Positions 11,438 through 22,033 of a stretch of DNA of 64,000 nt are shown here, piece after piece. Under the pieces are notes generated by a model that saw nothing but the letters and a program-made list of their open reading frames with translations, searched no databases and was not told where the DNA came from. The stretch comes from Tubiluchus corallicola (taxonomy: Eukaryota > Animalia > Priapulida): positions 113,545-177,544 of the forward strand of contig JAQGDQ010000468.1 of NCBI GenBank assembly GCA_030141605.1. The letters are read 5' to 3'. Both the position numbers and the translations under genes were made by a program. Every line of letters begins with the position of its first letter. Positions within the stretch are counted from its first letter, which is position 1.

Positions 11438-13114
11438 TTACATATCAATACAATCTAACTGATAGCCTACTACATATCCATTTGTAAACATGAAGTACAC
11501 ATATATAAAGAACCCATCGTCAGACGTAACCAAAGCGACATCTCCTGTTGCATTCGCATTAGCTGGTGCTCCAGAAATCCCTCTTGGTCCATAGATATCT
11601 CTTTCACATTCCCATACAACAGCTTTGCAACTCCCTGTCTCCAAGTTACCAGAGAAAGTCGCATCGCTGGTTACATCCATCAACCAAATGGCATCTGCTG
11701 CGCCCCAGGTAAAGCTATTCACCCAGTTTTTAGTCACATATTTTGCATTATTAAATTCGGCATAGTCAACTGCATTAGGTACATAATTTGTACTGATTGC
11801 ATCCAAAGCTTTATGAACAGTATTAGTCCTACCATCAACCCATGCAAACGTGTTATCCGAATATGAAGCCACATAGTAATCACTATTCACATCAGTATCG
11901 GAAGTATAAACAATATCTACATTTGTAGTCCACCCTTTAGCTAAACCACTCATTGTGACAATATCAGGAGTTTGAGATGTTAATTGTCCTTCAACAACGG
12001 TCCATCGCGCAAACTGCTGTCCTGCATCGTGGATAGGAGCAGTGATAATCGCGTTATCATCTATACTTCCTTGTATTGATATTTTACGACCCATTGCTTG
12101 ACCTCCACCATATTCTATATATAGTTCAGGCGTTGCATTTACTGATTTCAAGGTCCAGATCTTAAAATCTCCTGCATTTGGAGCTAGGTTACAAACCAAT
12201 ATATTACCATTATTATCGGCGGTATTATAGAAGTTTGTCAAGTTACCGGTAATTGAACCTAGATCTATCTCACCCATTTTTTCACCCGTTTTAGGGTTGA
12301 TATAAACAGTGTTTTCGGCACGTGTATTAATCGCCACAAAATCTTTTGTGGCAGCAATACCCCCGGTAAGATGCTCAGCAGTAATACCAAGGTCGGCATT
12401 TAATTGCTTCGCGAACATTAAACGCGCACTACCCAGACGGATACCATAAGGTAATTTATCTGGGATACTTTTTTGCACGGTATAAACACTGCTTGATGTT
12501 CCATTATGAGCTGTTACAGTTAACTCCACATCCTTCTCATAATTTAAAGCTACTTCGCGTGGATCAGGTGAAATCGTTGCATGGTAAGACAACCTAACAT
12601 CAGCCAGCTCTTCTCCAATTGCATCAACTGTAACTAGCGAAATGATTTTTGTGATCTCATTGATTACCCCAGCCAAGCCTAACGAAGGAATAGTAAATTC
12701 CTCAATTAAGCATTGATCACTTTTACGAATTTCTCCGGTAATAATGTAATCCCGTTTCGCCTTAACCTGATCAGTTAAGGTTATAGTATTGTCTTCAGTC
12801 AGATCCATCCATAATAATGCTGGACTAATGACCACATTATCATCTAAGTTAGCCCTCATGCGCATACGTCGCAGCATTTCATTTGTTACCTGGTTATTAC
12901 TGCTTTCAGGAAAGAAATATGGTATTGGAATAACAATGGTATCATTTCCTTCTCTTAATGATCCGACAAACTCGCCTGTTCCATCTGCAAACATGGCTGT
13001 TATGCTATTAATTCCATCGCGCGAAACGGGTGGGCGCAGGTCATCCGGTTGCTGACAACTATTCAGCAATCCAAATAAAACGCATATAACTGATATATAT
13101 CTATTTATCTTCAT
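11438..13114 (-). CDS. SusE-positioned surface lipoprotein (DUF5018-like)
   Basis: Lipobox LNSC; directly downstream of susD; IPIPYFFPE and ATISPDP Ig-like segments. Confidence 0.65.
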   Translation of the reverse strand: MKINRYISVICVLFGLLNSCQQPDDLRPPVSRDGINSITAMFADGTGEFVGSLREGNDTIVIPIPYFFPESSNNQVTNEMLRRMRMRANLDDNVVISPALLWMDLTEDNTITLTDQVKAKRDYIITGEIRKSDQCLIEEFTIPSLGLAGVINEITKIISLVTVDAIGEELADVRLSYHATISPDPREVALNYEKDVELTVTAHNGTSSSVYTVQKSIPDKLPYGIRLGSARLMFAKQLNADLGITAEHLTGGIAATKDFVAINTRAENTVYINPKTGEKMGEIDLGSITGNLTNFYNTADNNGNILVCNLAPNAGDFKIWTLKSVNATPELYIEYGGGQAMGRKISIQGSIDDNAIITAPIHDAGQQFARWTVVEGQLTSQTPDIVTMSGLAKGWTTNVDIVYTSDTDVNSDYYVASYSDNTFAWVDGRTNTVHKALDAISTNYVPNAVDYAEFNNAKYVTKNWVNSFTWGAADAIWLMDVTSDATFSGNLETGSCKAVVWECERDIYGPRGISGAPANANATGDVALVTSDDGFFIYVYFMFTNGYVVGYQLDCIDM

Positions 13115-13126
13115 AGCAATTAAGTT

Positions 13127-14764
13127 TTATTTCCATTCATCATATTGATCTATCGCTGAGTTGTTTGCCAATTCATCATAAGGAATTGGCAAAACGTAGG
13201 TTTTCTCAAGGAACTTACGGTCTTGCAAATCGCAATCAACAAGCTCATAGTGGTAACCAGTACCATTGGGAGTAATCTTCAAGCCATGAACTCGGTAATC
13301 CTGATATTCAATGTGAGCTAGTTTCCATCGACGCATGTCCCAATACAAATGACCTTCGTAAGCTAACTCAATCTTACGCTCGTATCGGATAGCATTGAAT
13401 AATTCCTGACCAGACATGCTTGATATTGCAGGTAAACTATTCCCTATACGTGTACGCACCTCATTTAAGTCAGCAATTGCATTACCGCTTTTATTTAGGT
13501 TGTAGTATGCTTCAGCACGGTTTAGGTACACCTCAGACAATCGCAACTCCACCCACGCCTGCGTACTTTTGTAAGTAACCAAATCGGTGTTATCTTCATC
13601 ACGAAATTTGCGTAAATAGTAACCGGTTGTTGTTCGTCCTTGCGCATACACTTCTTCACGATAGGCCATATATCGCCCATTTTCACCACCAACGCTATTT
13701 TCCATTACTTTATCCATCCAACTACATCCGTTATAAATAACGGTTGCCTGAAAACGAGGTTCCAGATCTGCATATGGAGGAGGTGTTTCAGTGCCTCCCT
13801 TAGCATGCCAAGGAGTCCAATCAACAGGATTACCATTTTTGTCAAGATAAGACTCAACCATTTCCTGAGTAGGTGTTCCACTAGCTCCACGGTTCTGTAT
13901 TTCGCCAAATGTAGCATAATCTTGATCAAAACCATGATTAGGACCAGTAATTAAGTAGTTATATTCTAATATTGATTCACTACTTCCGCCTACAGTTGCC
14001 TGTGCATATTCGTCTTCTAAACTATAAACACCAGACTGAATTACTTCAGTAGCCGCATCACGAGCACTTTCCCACCGCTCTGCATATAACATTGTGCGCG
14101 ATTTCATAGCTAATGCAGCACCTTTGTTAATTCGTCCCACATTCCTTAAGCCCCACTCCAAAGGCAACAAATTTGCTGCTTCAGTCAGGTCATTTTCGAT
14201 CAGATCCCATGTTTCTTCATTAGTCGAACGATCCTTGTTTCTCTCCAATTCCATACTGGTATACAAAATGACACCATCGTGTCGCTTTGCTAACTGGAAG
14301 TATAAGAAAGCACGGAAAAACAATGCTTGACCTTTTAAAACATTATCTTCTTCTTGTGTTAGCTTAGAGTGTTTTTCCAAGCTAACCAAGAACTCATTAA
14401 CCCTTCGAATTCGCTCATAAGTAGAAGACCATGAATCCAAAAGGTTTCCAACAGGAGTCATACGCTCTGGTTCAAACACGTAGTTATTTGCATCACCGGC
14501 CTTTGAGCCTGCCGCATAAGAGCCATATTTAAGGGTCTCTGTTAAACCTTCTGTTAAACTACCATTAAACTGATCTGCCCCAAAATTGCCATATCGATCG
14601 ATATAAGGATAAAAACCGTTTACATAAAGCGAAACATTATCAAAATCTTCCCAGATAATTTTATCGGAAATCCTATCCTTTGGAGTTGTATCTAACCAAT
14701 CGCTGCAACTGGCTAAACCAATACCTAAAAACAACATCGCGTATTTAAATATATTGAATCTCAT
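13127..14764 (-). CDS. susD: SusD/RagB family lipoprotein
   Basis: LASCSDWLD lipobox; ALFFRAFLYFQL, LRLSEVYLNRAEA and ERKIELAYEG..WDMRRW motifs. Confidence 0.95.
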   Translation of the reverse strand: MRFNIFKYAMLFLGIGLASCSDWLDTTPKDRISDKIIWEDFDNVSLYVNGFYPYIDRYGNFGADQFNGSLTEGLTETLKYGSYAAGSKAGDANNYVFEPERMTPVGNLLDSWSSTYERIRRVNEFLVSLEKHSKLTQEEDNVLKGQALFFRAFLYFQLAKRHDGVILYTSMELERNKDRSTNEETWDLIENDLTEAANLLPLEWGLRNVGRINKGAALAMKSRTMLYAERWESARDAATEVIQSGVYSLEDEYAQATVGGSSESILEYNYLITGPNHGFDQDYATFGEIQNRGASGTPTQEMVESYLDKNGNPVDWTPWHAKGGTETPPPYADLEPRFQATVIYNGCSWMDKVMENSVGGENGRYMAYREEVYAQGRTTTGYYLRKFRDEDNTDLVTYKSTQAWVELRLSEVYLNRAEAYYNLNKSGNAIADLNEVRTRIGNSLPAISSMSGQELFNAIRYERKIELAYEGHLYWDMRRWKLAHIEYQDYRVHGLKITPNGTGYHYELVDCDLQDRKFLEKTYVLPIPYDELANNSAIDQYDEWK

Positions 14765-14782
14765 AACTTATACTATTATCCA

Positions 14783-17700
14783 TTAAAAAATTAGTTTAAC
14801 TCCCATCGACATTACCCGCTGTTGTGGGTAAAAACCGCTGTTTACGCCTGGCATTTCTGGATCGATTCCGTACTTACCAACGTGGCTTAAAGTGAATAAA
14901 TTCTGACCTTCTGCATAAGCCCTAGCACTATTAATACCCGACCAATTTAAAGCCGATTGCGGAATGGTATAACCAACTTGCAAATTCTTCAGGCGCAAAT
15001 AATTACCATTACGGTACCAGTAATCAGATGCATAACCATTGTTATTACTTGGAGTTACCAATGCTAAACGAGGAAATTCAGCATCTGTATTATCCTCGCG
15101 CCATGAGCCTTCAACTAGGTAAACAGGTGAATTACCTCCATGATAAAACGGGCGGGTCATAGAGGTATGATCCATCACCCATGTATTAGGATAAATCCCA
15201 GTTAATGCGATATCGCGACCAAGTGCACCAGTGAAACGCATTGAAAAATCGAAATTTTTCCATCCTCCAGATAGGTTTACGCCACCAACAAACTTAGGCA
15301 TATCAGATTTTCCAACAAACCCTCTATCTTGTTCATAAGAAATAATCCCATCACCATTTCTATCAACATACTTAATATCGCCTGGTTGCACAGGTCGGCC
15401 AACCATGATAGCCGAATTCTCAATTTCTTCCCAGCTCTGAAACAAACCATCAGATATAAATCCAATCACAGAACCAACTTCTGTTCCAGTACGTTTTAAC
15501 CAATCTGGTGTATTTTCCGAATCGGGATAGCTCAACCACAAACGTTTGGTATAAGTACCACTGACATTAACAACGTAATGGAAATTACCTATTCTGTTGC
15601 GATGAGTTAGTGATATTTCAAATCCCTTATGTTCTTGCTCTCCAATATTTTGATAGCTATAGTTGTAACCACCAAAAGATGGAGGATACGTTGCTGCAAT
15701 TGGCAAAAGCATATCATAAACATATTTATAGAAAACGTCAAACTCGACTGCTAATTTATTATTCCATAGGTTTGCATCAAATCCGAAATTATACATGAGT
15801 GACTTTGCCCAAGTTAGGTTTACATTAGCTGGATTAGAGGTTATTAAACCGTTTTGTGGTGTTCCGCCAATTACTACAGCAGGATCTTTTAAATAGCTCA
15901 GTGTATTTAAATATGCATATGCCGGTATGCCTGCTGTTGAACCGGTTAAACCGATACTTCCGCGCAACTTAAGGTCACTAACAAAGTAGAGATTATCTCG
16001 AAACCACTCTTCCTGTGACATTCTCCAACCTGCTGAAGCAGCAGGAAAAGGACTCCAACGTTTACCTTTTACCATACCACCGAATGTATCGCTTCCATCG
16101 TAGCGCATTGAAAACTCGGCCATGTACTTATGATCGTAATCATAAGTTAATCGAGTTAAATAACCAGCTAATCTTCTATTATAACTATTACCCGTAATTC
16201 GATTGCGGTCTGTTAATGTAATATAATCCAACTCATCTAATTCATGAATATCAAATCCATAACCATAAGCAGCAAAACTATTACCAAGATTCTCTTTGGT
16301 TTCAAGCAAAACCATTCCTGTTACACTATGTTTACCAAATGAATTTTCGTAATTGATACTTGTATTGGTTGTCAATATGCTAGAGTATGACAACCCTTCA
16401 CTTAAGCTTGCCACATTACCTCTGGCATCATAATCCAAAACATAAGTAATGTCATCGGTATTTGCATTTGGCAGATTCGCCACGTAGGTTTGATAGGGTG
16501 TTGAAAAGTTTTTTGATGTCTGATAATTGATATCATATGCCGTTAAAAACTTAACACTTAACCCCGTAACAAATGGCACACTATAATTTAGTGCTAAGTT
16601 AGTTTGCAATTTATTTGACTTAACATTTTTATACCCTGACTCATTAGCTGCTGCAAGCGGATTTATATATGAACTTGCTGTTCGCGTAGACACAGGAATA
16701 CCATCAATCTCTGCAGGGACATATGGGTGAGCTCTTATTGCCTGCTGTGGAATGTTGTTCCAATCATGTGGACCTGCTCCAAAACCAGGAGCCTGACGAT
16801 CTTCTATACGTCCTCCAATATCAAAAGTTAAATCCAGATTATCGGTTATTTGAGCATCAATATTCGAACGTATATTTAATCGATCGTAATTAAAGCCATC
16901 GATATTACCTTTTTGGTTATAAGTTCCGAGAGACACGAAGTACTGCACCTTTTCGGTTCCACCGCTGGCATTCATATTGTAGCTTTGATTTATTCCTAAG
17001 CCAAAGGTTTCATTGTACCAATTGGTATTACCCCATCCATCGGATGGATTACCATTGGTCATCTTGGCAATGTGGTCTGAAGTAAATACTGGAAAGTCAC
17101 CATCCATTTCACGTGCTTTATTGTACCAATAAGCATATCCAGGGCCATCCAGCATTTCAAGCATATTAGCATTCGAACTAACACCATAATTTCCTGTAAA
17201 CGACATTTGTGTTTTACCTGTTCGACCACGTTTTGTGGTTACAATTATTACAAACTCGGCATCCAAACCATAAACTGATGCAGAAGAGGCATCCTTGAGT
17301 ATCGAAATCGTCTCAATTTCGTTAGGGTCAATTTCATTGAAATCACGTTCAACACCATCAACAATATATTTTCCCGCTCCCCCTCTAACCATAATCGAGG
17401 CGGCATCACTACCCGGCTGACCAGATGTCTGGTTACTTACTATACCTGGAACCAGACCGGCTAACATATTACTAATATTACCAACCGGTGCCTTTTCCAA
17501 TTCTGCTCCATTGATTTGGCTAACAGCTCCGGTGATACTCGCTTTGCGTTGAGTACCATAACCTACAACAATTACTTCGTCAAGATCAAGGTCTTCGGTC
17601 TTCATTACAATGTTAAGTTCTGTTCGGCCACTCAAAGGCACTTTTTGGTTCTCAAAACCAATGCAGCTGATTAAAAGTGTTACATCCTCAGATGGCACCT

Positions 17701-17914
17701 CAAGGTGAAACTCACCATTGAAGTCAACAACTGTACCGTGTTTGGTTTCGTCAATTACGATTGATGCCCCAATAACGGGTTCATTCTCGGAGTCAAAAAC
17801 TGTTCCTTTGACCTGTATTTGAGCCTGGATAGAGCTCATACAGAAAAAAGAGCAGCAAACTGTAAGAATAGTCAACACTATTCTTGGAGACAGTTTAAAG
17901 TTTTTCTCTCTCAT
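14783..17914 (-). CDS. susC: SusC/RagA TonB-dependent transporter
   Basis: LDEVIVVGYGTQ, ISILKDAS..VYG, IIVTTKRG, PGDIKYVDRNGDG and YLRLKNLQVGYT motifs; terminal Phe. Confidence 0.95.
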   Translation of the reverse strand: MREKNFKLSPRIVLTILTVCCSFFCMSSIQAQIQVKGTVFDSENEPVIGASIVIDETKHGTVVDFNGEFHLEVPSEDVTLLISCIGFENQKVPLSGRTELNIVMKTEDLDLDEVIVVGYGTQRKASITGAVSQINGAELEKAPVGNISNMLAGLVPGIVSNQTSGQPGSDAASIMVRGGAGKYIVDGVERDFNEIDPNEIETISILKDASSASVYGLDAEFVIIVTTKRGRTGKTQMSFTGNYGVSSNANMLEMLDGPGYAYWYNKAREMDGDFPVFTSDHIAKMTNGNPSDGWGNTNWYNETFGLGINQSYNMNASGGTEKVQYFVSLGTYNQKGNIDGFNYDRLNIRSNIDAQITDNLDLTFDIGGRIEDRQAPGFGAGPHDWNNIPQQAIRAHPYVPAEIDGIPVSTRTASSYINPLAAANESGYKNVKSNKLQTNLALNYSVPFVTGLSVKFLTAYDINYQTSKNFSTPYQTYVANLPNANTDDITYVLDYDARGNVASLSEGLSYSSILTTNTSINYENSFGKHSVTGMVLLETKENLGNSFAAYGYGFDIHELDELDYITLTDRNRITGNSYNRRLAGYLTRLTYDYDHKYMAEFSMRYDGSDTFGGMVKGKRWSPFPAASAGWRMSQEEWFRDNLYFVSDLKLRGSIGLTGSTAGIPAYAYLNTLSYLKDPAVVIGGTPQNGLITSNPANVNLTWAKSLMYNFGFDANLWNNKLAVEFDVFYKYVYDMLLPIAATYPPSFGGYNYSYQNIGEQEHKGFEISLTHRNRIGNFHYVVNVSGTYTKRLWLSYPDSENTPDWLKRTGTEVGSVIGFISDGLFQSWEEIENSAIMVGRPVQPGDIKYVDRNGDGIISYEQDRGFVGKSDMPKFVGGVNLSGGWKNFDFSMRFTGALGRDIALTGIYPNTWVMDHTSMTRPFYHGGNSPVYLVEGSWREDNTDAEFPRLALVTPSNNNGYASDYWYRNGNYLRLKNLQVGYTIPQSALNWSGINSARAYAEGQNLFTLSHVGKYGIDPEMPGVNSGFYPQQRVMSMGVKLIF

Positions 17915-17959
17915 GTTAATTAATTTTGTTAATGATTATTATTTAAGGGTAGTGATATA

Positions 17960-17967
17960 CAAATTTA
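17960..17967 (-). promoter_or_regulatory. Bacteroidota -7 promoter element upstream of susC
   Basis: TAAATTTG on the minus strand matches TAnnTTTG, about 45 bp before the ATG. Confidence 0.5.
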
Positions 17968-18039
17968 CACTAAAAATATTTGTTTTGTATAAAAGAAATT
18001 ATCTTTTTTTTATAATTAATACAAAAACTTATGTTTAAC

Positions 18040-19596
18040 TGTTTAACTTCAAAACTTATTGGACAAATTGATGCTTAAAGTTAAGAGATAGTTTTATAAT
18101 TCAAATTCTCTTTTTTATGGTGATGATAATTCACTGTTGACTTGTTCGAAACTCGCAGAGTTTTCAATAAATCAAAAGTGATACACTGCGATTTTCTGAT
18201 TCCTTTTTCTTCTTTCATTTAGCGTTTTTATTTTAATGTTTTCACGATTGCCCAGTACCTGTTTTTGCCTTCCAAAATACACGTCGGCAGGTGTAACATT
18301 CTTGAGTGATTCATGATACCGGTGGTTGTTGTAATTATATACAAACTCCTGTAGAACCGTCATTAGTTCATCAGGAAAGTAGTAGTTATCCAACTTTACC
18401 TGATTTTTCATGGTGCGGTGGTAACGCTCAATTTCCCCTTGTGTTTGAGGGTGGTATGGGGCTACACGTAAATGTCCCATTTTGGTGTCTTTTAAAAAGC
18501 TTTGAAACTCGTTTGATATGTAGCACGCTCCATTATCGGAGAGTAACCTGGGACAATCGTCTGCAGGTATTTTGGCCGTATAAAGCCTTTTGAATAACAT
18601 GCTTGGCATCGGCCGACTCCATGCTTTGGCAAAGCTCCCAGGTGACGATATACCTTGAATAATCGTCCATTACGGTAGCCAAATAATACCAGCCCCATCC
18701 AATGATTTTAAAGTAGGTGAAATCGGTTTGCCATTGCTGGTGCACACGCGTGGTCTTATCTTTAAAATCATCGGATGCAGCCATTAAAAGCCACGCAGGA
18801 GATGTGATTAGCACTTGCTCTTTGAGAATCCGATATACGCTGGTTTCGCTGATAAACCACTTTTGATGGTCGGTGATGTGGTGGGCTAGTTCCCTAGGCG
18901 ATAAGTCTGTACGTTACAAAGCGGTGTCTAAAACCAGTTCTCGTTCTTTGTTGGATATCTTGTTCCAGAACTTTTTGCGTTTTACCGGCTTGGGCTTGAG
19001 TGCATCATATCCTCCCTCAAGGAAGCGTTTGTACCACTCGTAAAAGGTACTTCGGCTGATGTCAAACTCTTCAAGTGTGCGCTTAACTCCGAATTCCGAA
19101 TCTTGAACAATACGGATAATTTCCATCTTTTCACTGGCGCTTCGTCTCATATATTTATAAGTTACTCGGTTCCAGTTAAGCTTTTTTTAAGCATGCGTAC
19201 TTCCAACTCAACTCTGCTACAAGCTGCTTTAGGTCGTGGTTCTCGTTCTTTAAACCGTTTACTTCGCCCGATGTAGCTTCCCGTTTAATGTCACCTGCAA
19301 GACGTTTTTTGCCAGCTTCCATAAAATCTTTACTCCACTTGTAATAAAGGTTCGCGTTGATGCCTTCTTTTCGGCATAACTCGGTAATGCTATATTCGCC
19401 ACGCATGCCCTCTAGTACAATCCTGATTTTTTCTTCAGCTGATTACTTCTTCCTCGGGTGTCTCTTAATCTATTTTACCTTTTGTTCGGTAGTCTGTTTT
19501 TTTGCCTTAATCTTACTCGTTTTTATTGGTTATAATTTAAGAAATGTCTCTCTTAATTTTTAAACCAATTTGTCCGAATTAAGCTGAAGATTTACA
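18040..19596 (-). mobile_element. IS3-family element, copy 1, inactivated by stops and frameshifts in orfA and orfB
   Basis: OrfA HTH (ELCRKEGINANLYYKW); OrfB rve motifs WQTDFTY, LSDNGACY and PQTQG.IERYHRT; imperfect TIRs TGTTTAACTTC.../TGTAAATCTTC... Confidence 0.9.
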
Positions 19597-19872
19597 ATAG
19601 CCATTGCGGGCATTCTGATTATCCGATTTTTGATTCTTATCATAGCCTAAATGACCATCGAGTTCTCCTTCAAGCATCTTTTCAATGCCTCGTTTTTGGA
19701 GCTCTTGTAAAAAACCATTGAGCTCTTTCCCCTGAATTAAACTGTTCAAGGAAATCATCATTTAATAAATCTTCTTTTTTCATTACTGTCTAAAGTTTTA
19801 AAATTAAACAAAAAAATACCGAGGGTTGCAACCCTCGGTATTTTCTATTTACACAGCTTATGAGATAGTGCT
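19597..19872 (-). mobile_element. IS256 5' fragment truncated by the IS3
   Basis: Near-identical to 37702-37976 of the full IS256 copy, including the end AGCACTATCTCA. Confidence 0.9.
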
Positions 19873-19880
19873 TTTTTTTA

Positions 19881-21134
19881 TTAATCAAATATCACACTCC
19901 AGTCTTCTGAATTATACGCATCAAAGCACATTCTTATCTGCTTCTCACTGTTCTTCTCTGTTGCAAGTTTTGGCAACTCATTGATTTTCCAAAAAGCACT
20001 TTCAATGGTCTCTGTATTTGCCTCAAATTTGCCATCAATTATTTCGCACAAAACAAATGCCTTGCATACACCATAAGCATAAACAGGTAAATTATGCTTA
20101 TTCCTATCCTGAAGGGCAATTAACTTTATGGGAATAACATCTAACCCAGATTCTTCTTTAACTTCTTTTACTGTATTTGATTTTATCGATTCTAAAACAT
20201 CTACCCAGCCTCCAGGCATAGACCAAGTCCCATTGTTTTCTTTGACAAGTAATATTTTACCTCCTTCAAAAATCGCCGCTCGTGTATCTAATTTTGGGGT
20301 TTGAAAACCTGTTTCGTTACAGAAAACATTTTTCACATACTCAATTGGAATATTTCCCTTCAAACTCATAATTTCTGCTGAAACCTCCCGGAGCCTTTCA
20401 TACCTCTCCCTATCAAATTGATTCTCTGTATATGTAATACCAGCTTGAGCTATAAACTGTAACTCCATAGCCCATTTTAACCAAGGCATTTCAGAGAAAG
20501 AGTGTTGAATAGAGTTCAACATATATAAAACATCCTGTGGTGTATTGAAAAAGTAATTGGCATAAATATGCTTAACCGATTTACACCCCCATAATGCAAG
20601 CCCAAACTCGACTCCTGAACTACTTGCACATTGGAAATCATAAACAGTATCTCCTATATATAATACATCATTTGTATCTGCACCTGTCTGTTTTAAATAT
20701 TCAATCATAGGCTCAGGTGAAGGTTTAGGTAATGTAGCATCTTCAGCACAAATTACTGTATCAAAATACTCAGACAATTGAAATGGAATAAAACCGTTTT
20801 CGTATTTCATCCTGTTTTTAGATGTTATTATTCCCAATTTATATCCCTGTTTTTGCAGCTCTCGTAGTAAGGACTCAATACCGGTAAAAACAGATATTAA
20901 ATGGGAATACCTCGTTAAATTATGACTCCATACTTTATTTGCTTCAATAATATTTTGAATATCCAAACGCTTGAGTGTAACCTCTCTCGGAATACCTAAC
21001 GCAAACTTTAAATCGTCCGTCTCTACTTTCTTACTAGCAACTTCAAAAATGGTATCTTGAAGTGATTTTAAAACCGCTTTTTCTGTATCAATGAGAGTTC
21101 CATCAATATCAAATACTATATCTCTTTTAATCAT
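19881..21134 (-). CDS. HAD phosphatase - Nudix hydrolase fusion protein
   Basis: N-terminal FDIDGTL, KPSPEP and YIGDT; C-terminal Nudix_N (QFIAQAGITY..FDRERY) and Nudix box GGWVDVLESIKSNTVKEVKEESG. Confidence 0.85.
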   Translation of the reverse strand: MIKRDIVFDIDGTLIDTEKAVLKSLQDTIFEVASKKVETDDLKFALGIPREVTLKRLDIQNIIEANKVWSHNLTRYSHLISVFTGIESLLRELQKQGYKLGIITSKNRMKYENGFIPFQLSEYFDTVICAEDATLPKPSPEPMIEYLKQTGADTNDVLYIGDTVYDFQCASSSGVEFGLALWGCKSVKHIYANYFFNTPQDVLYMLNSIQHSFSEMPWLKWAMELQFIAQAGITYTENQFDRERYERLREVSAEIMSLKGNIPIEYVKNVFCNETGFQTPKLDTRAAIFEGGKILLVKENNGTWSMPGGWVDVLESIKSNTVKEVKEESGLDVIPIKLIALQDRNKHNLPVYAYGVCKAFVLCEIIDGKFEANTETIESAFWKINELPKLATEKNSEKQIRMCFDAYNSEDWSVIFD

Positions 21135-21161
21135 TGCGTCTATCTATATTATTCATTTTTT

Positions 21162-21283
21162 TTAGCATTACCACCAATGGGGTCCACGCATGCTGAGTAA
21201 AAGGCGGATAGGTGCAGCCTGAAATAGCTTTGGGCCATCATCACTTAAAACCATCCAGCACATACACCTGTTGAGCACAGCAC
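21162..21283 (-). other. Degenerate attC-like recombination site
   Basis: Minus strand GTGCTGTGCTCAAC ... ATTGGTGGTAATGCTAA with partly complementary outer arms, about 30 bp before the HAD-Nudix ATG. Confidence 0.35.
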
Positions 21284-21739
21284 TACGAACGTAAACAAAT
21301 AAGTATTAATCTAAATAAAAAATCTGATATCTATCAAGAAAATGTAAATACAAATCGTTGACATTTCTCAAAACATCTGTTCTGGATAATAATATCCAGC
21401 AAGGGACTTACCGTAAAAAATATAAAAGCATATTCACCTTTTGTTTTCTGAGAGAAACGGATACACTATGGCTTACCGAATATTCGGGAATTGATTATAT
21501 CAACCTCTTTCAGGATTCAACGTAAACACCGAGCCACTGAGCCACAATGACGCAAAAAAATGGCGTAAGATATCGATTTGCGTATAGGCGAACTAGTGAG
21601 GCAGCATATTGTGGCTCAAACAAATATTTTAAAAAAATTAGCCCTCACTGCTATTGGATATACTGATAACTGAAAAGTCACTTTCATAAGACTCTCTACC
21701 ACTATTGGGAGGCAAACTAGGATTAACCCAAAAGAAATG

Positions 21740-21873
21740 ACTCAAAAACTGTTAGGCCATAACTCTATTAAAACTACAATGATATATACACAAGGGTAGC
21801 ATCACCAACTGCTCTGGGTGTTAAAAACCCTTTTGACTACTTAAACTCATTAACAGTTAGTCACCCCTTATAA
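21740..21873 (+). pseudogene. Tyrosine recombinase (integron-integrase-like) C-terminal remnant
   Basis: TQKLLGHNSIKTTMIYTQ, then after a frameshift VASPTALGVKNPFDYL; contains the catalytic His and Tyr box. Confidence 0.7.
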
Positions 21874-22033
21874 AATTAAACTTTTCCTATCTGAACAGCT
21901 TGAGAGTGAATAATAAGCAGAACTTAATTTAAACAATATCCTAACATAAAGTAGGGAGTACAACAAAAGATCATAAGAAAACCCTCTTTTGTATCAAAGC
22001 AAAAAAACTTGACAGTGCAAACCTCACCATCAA

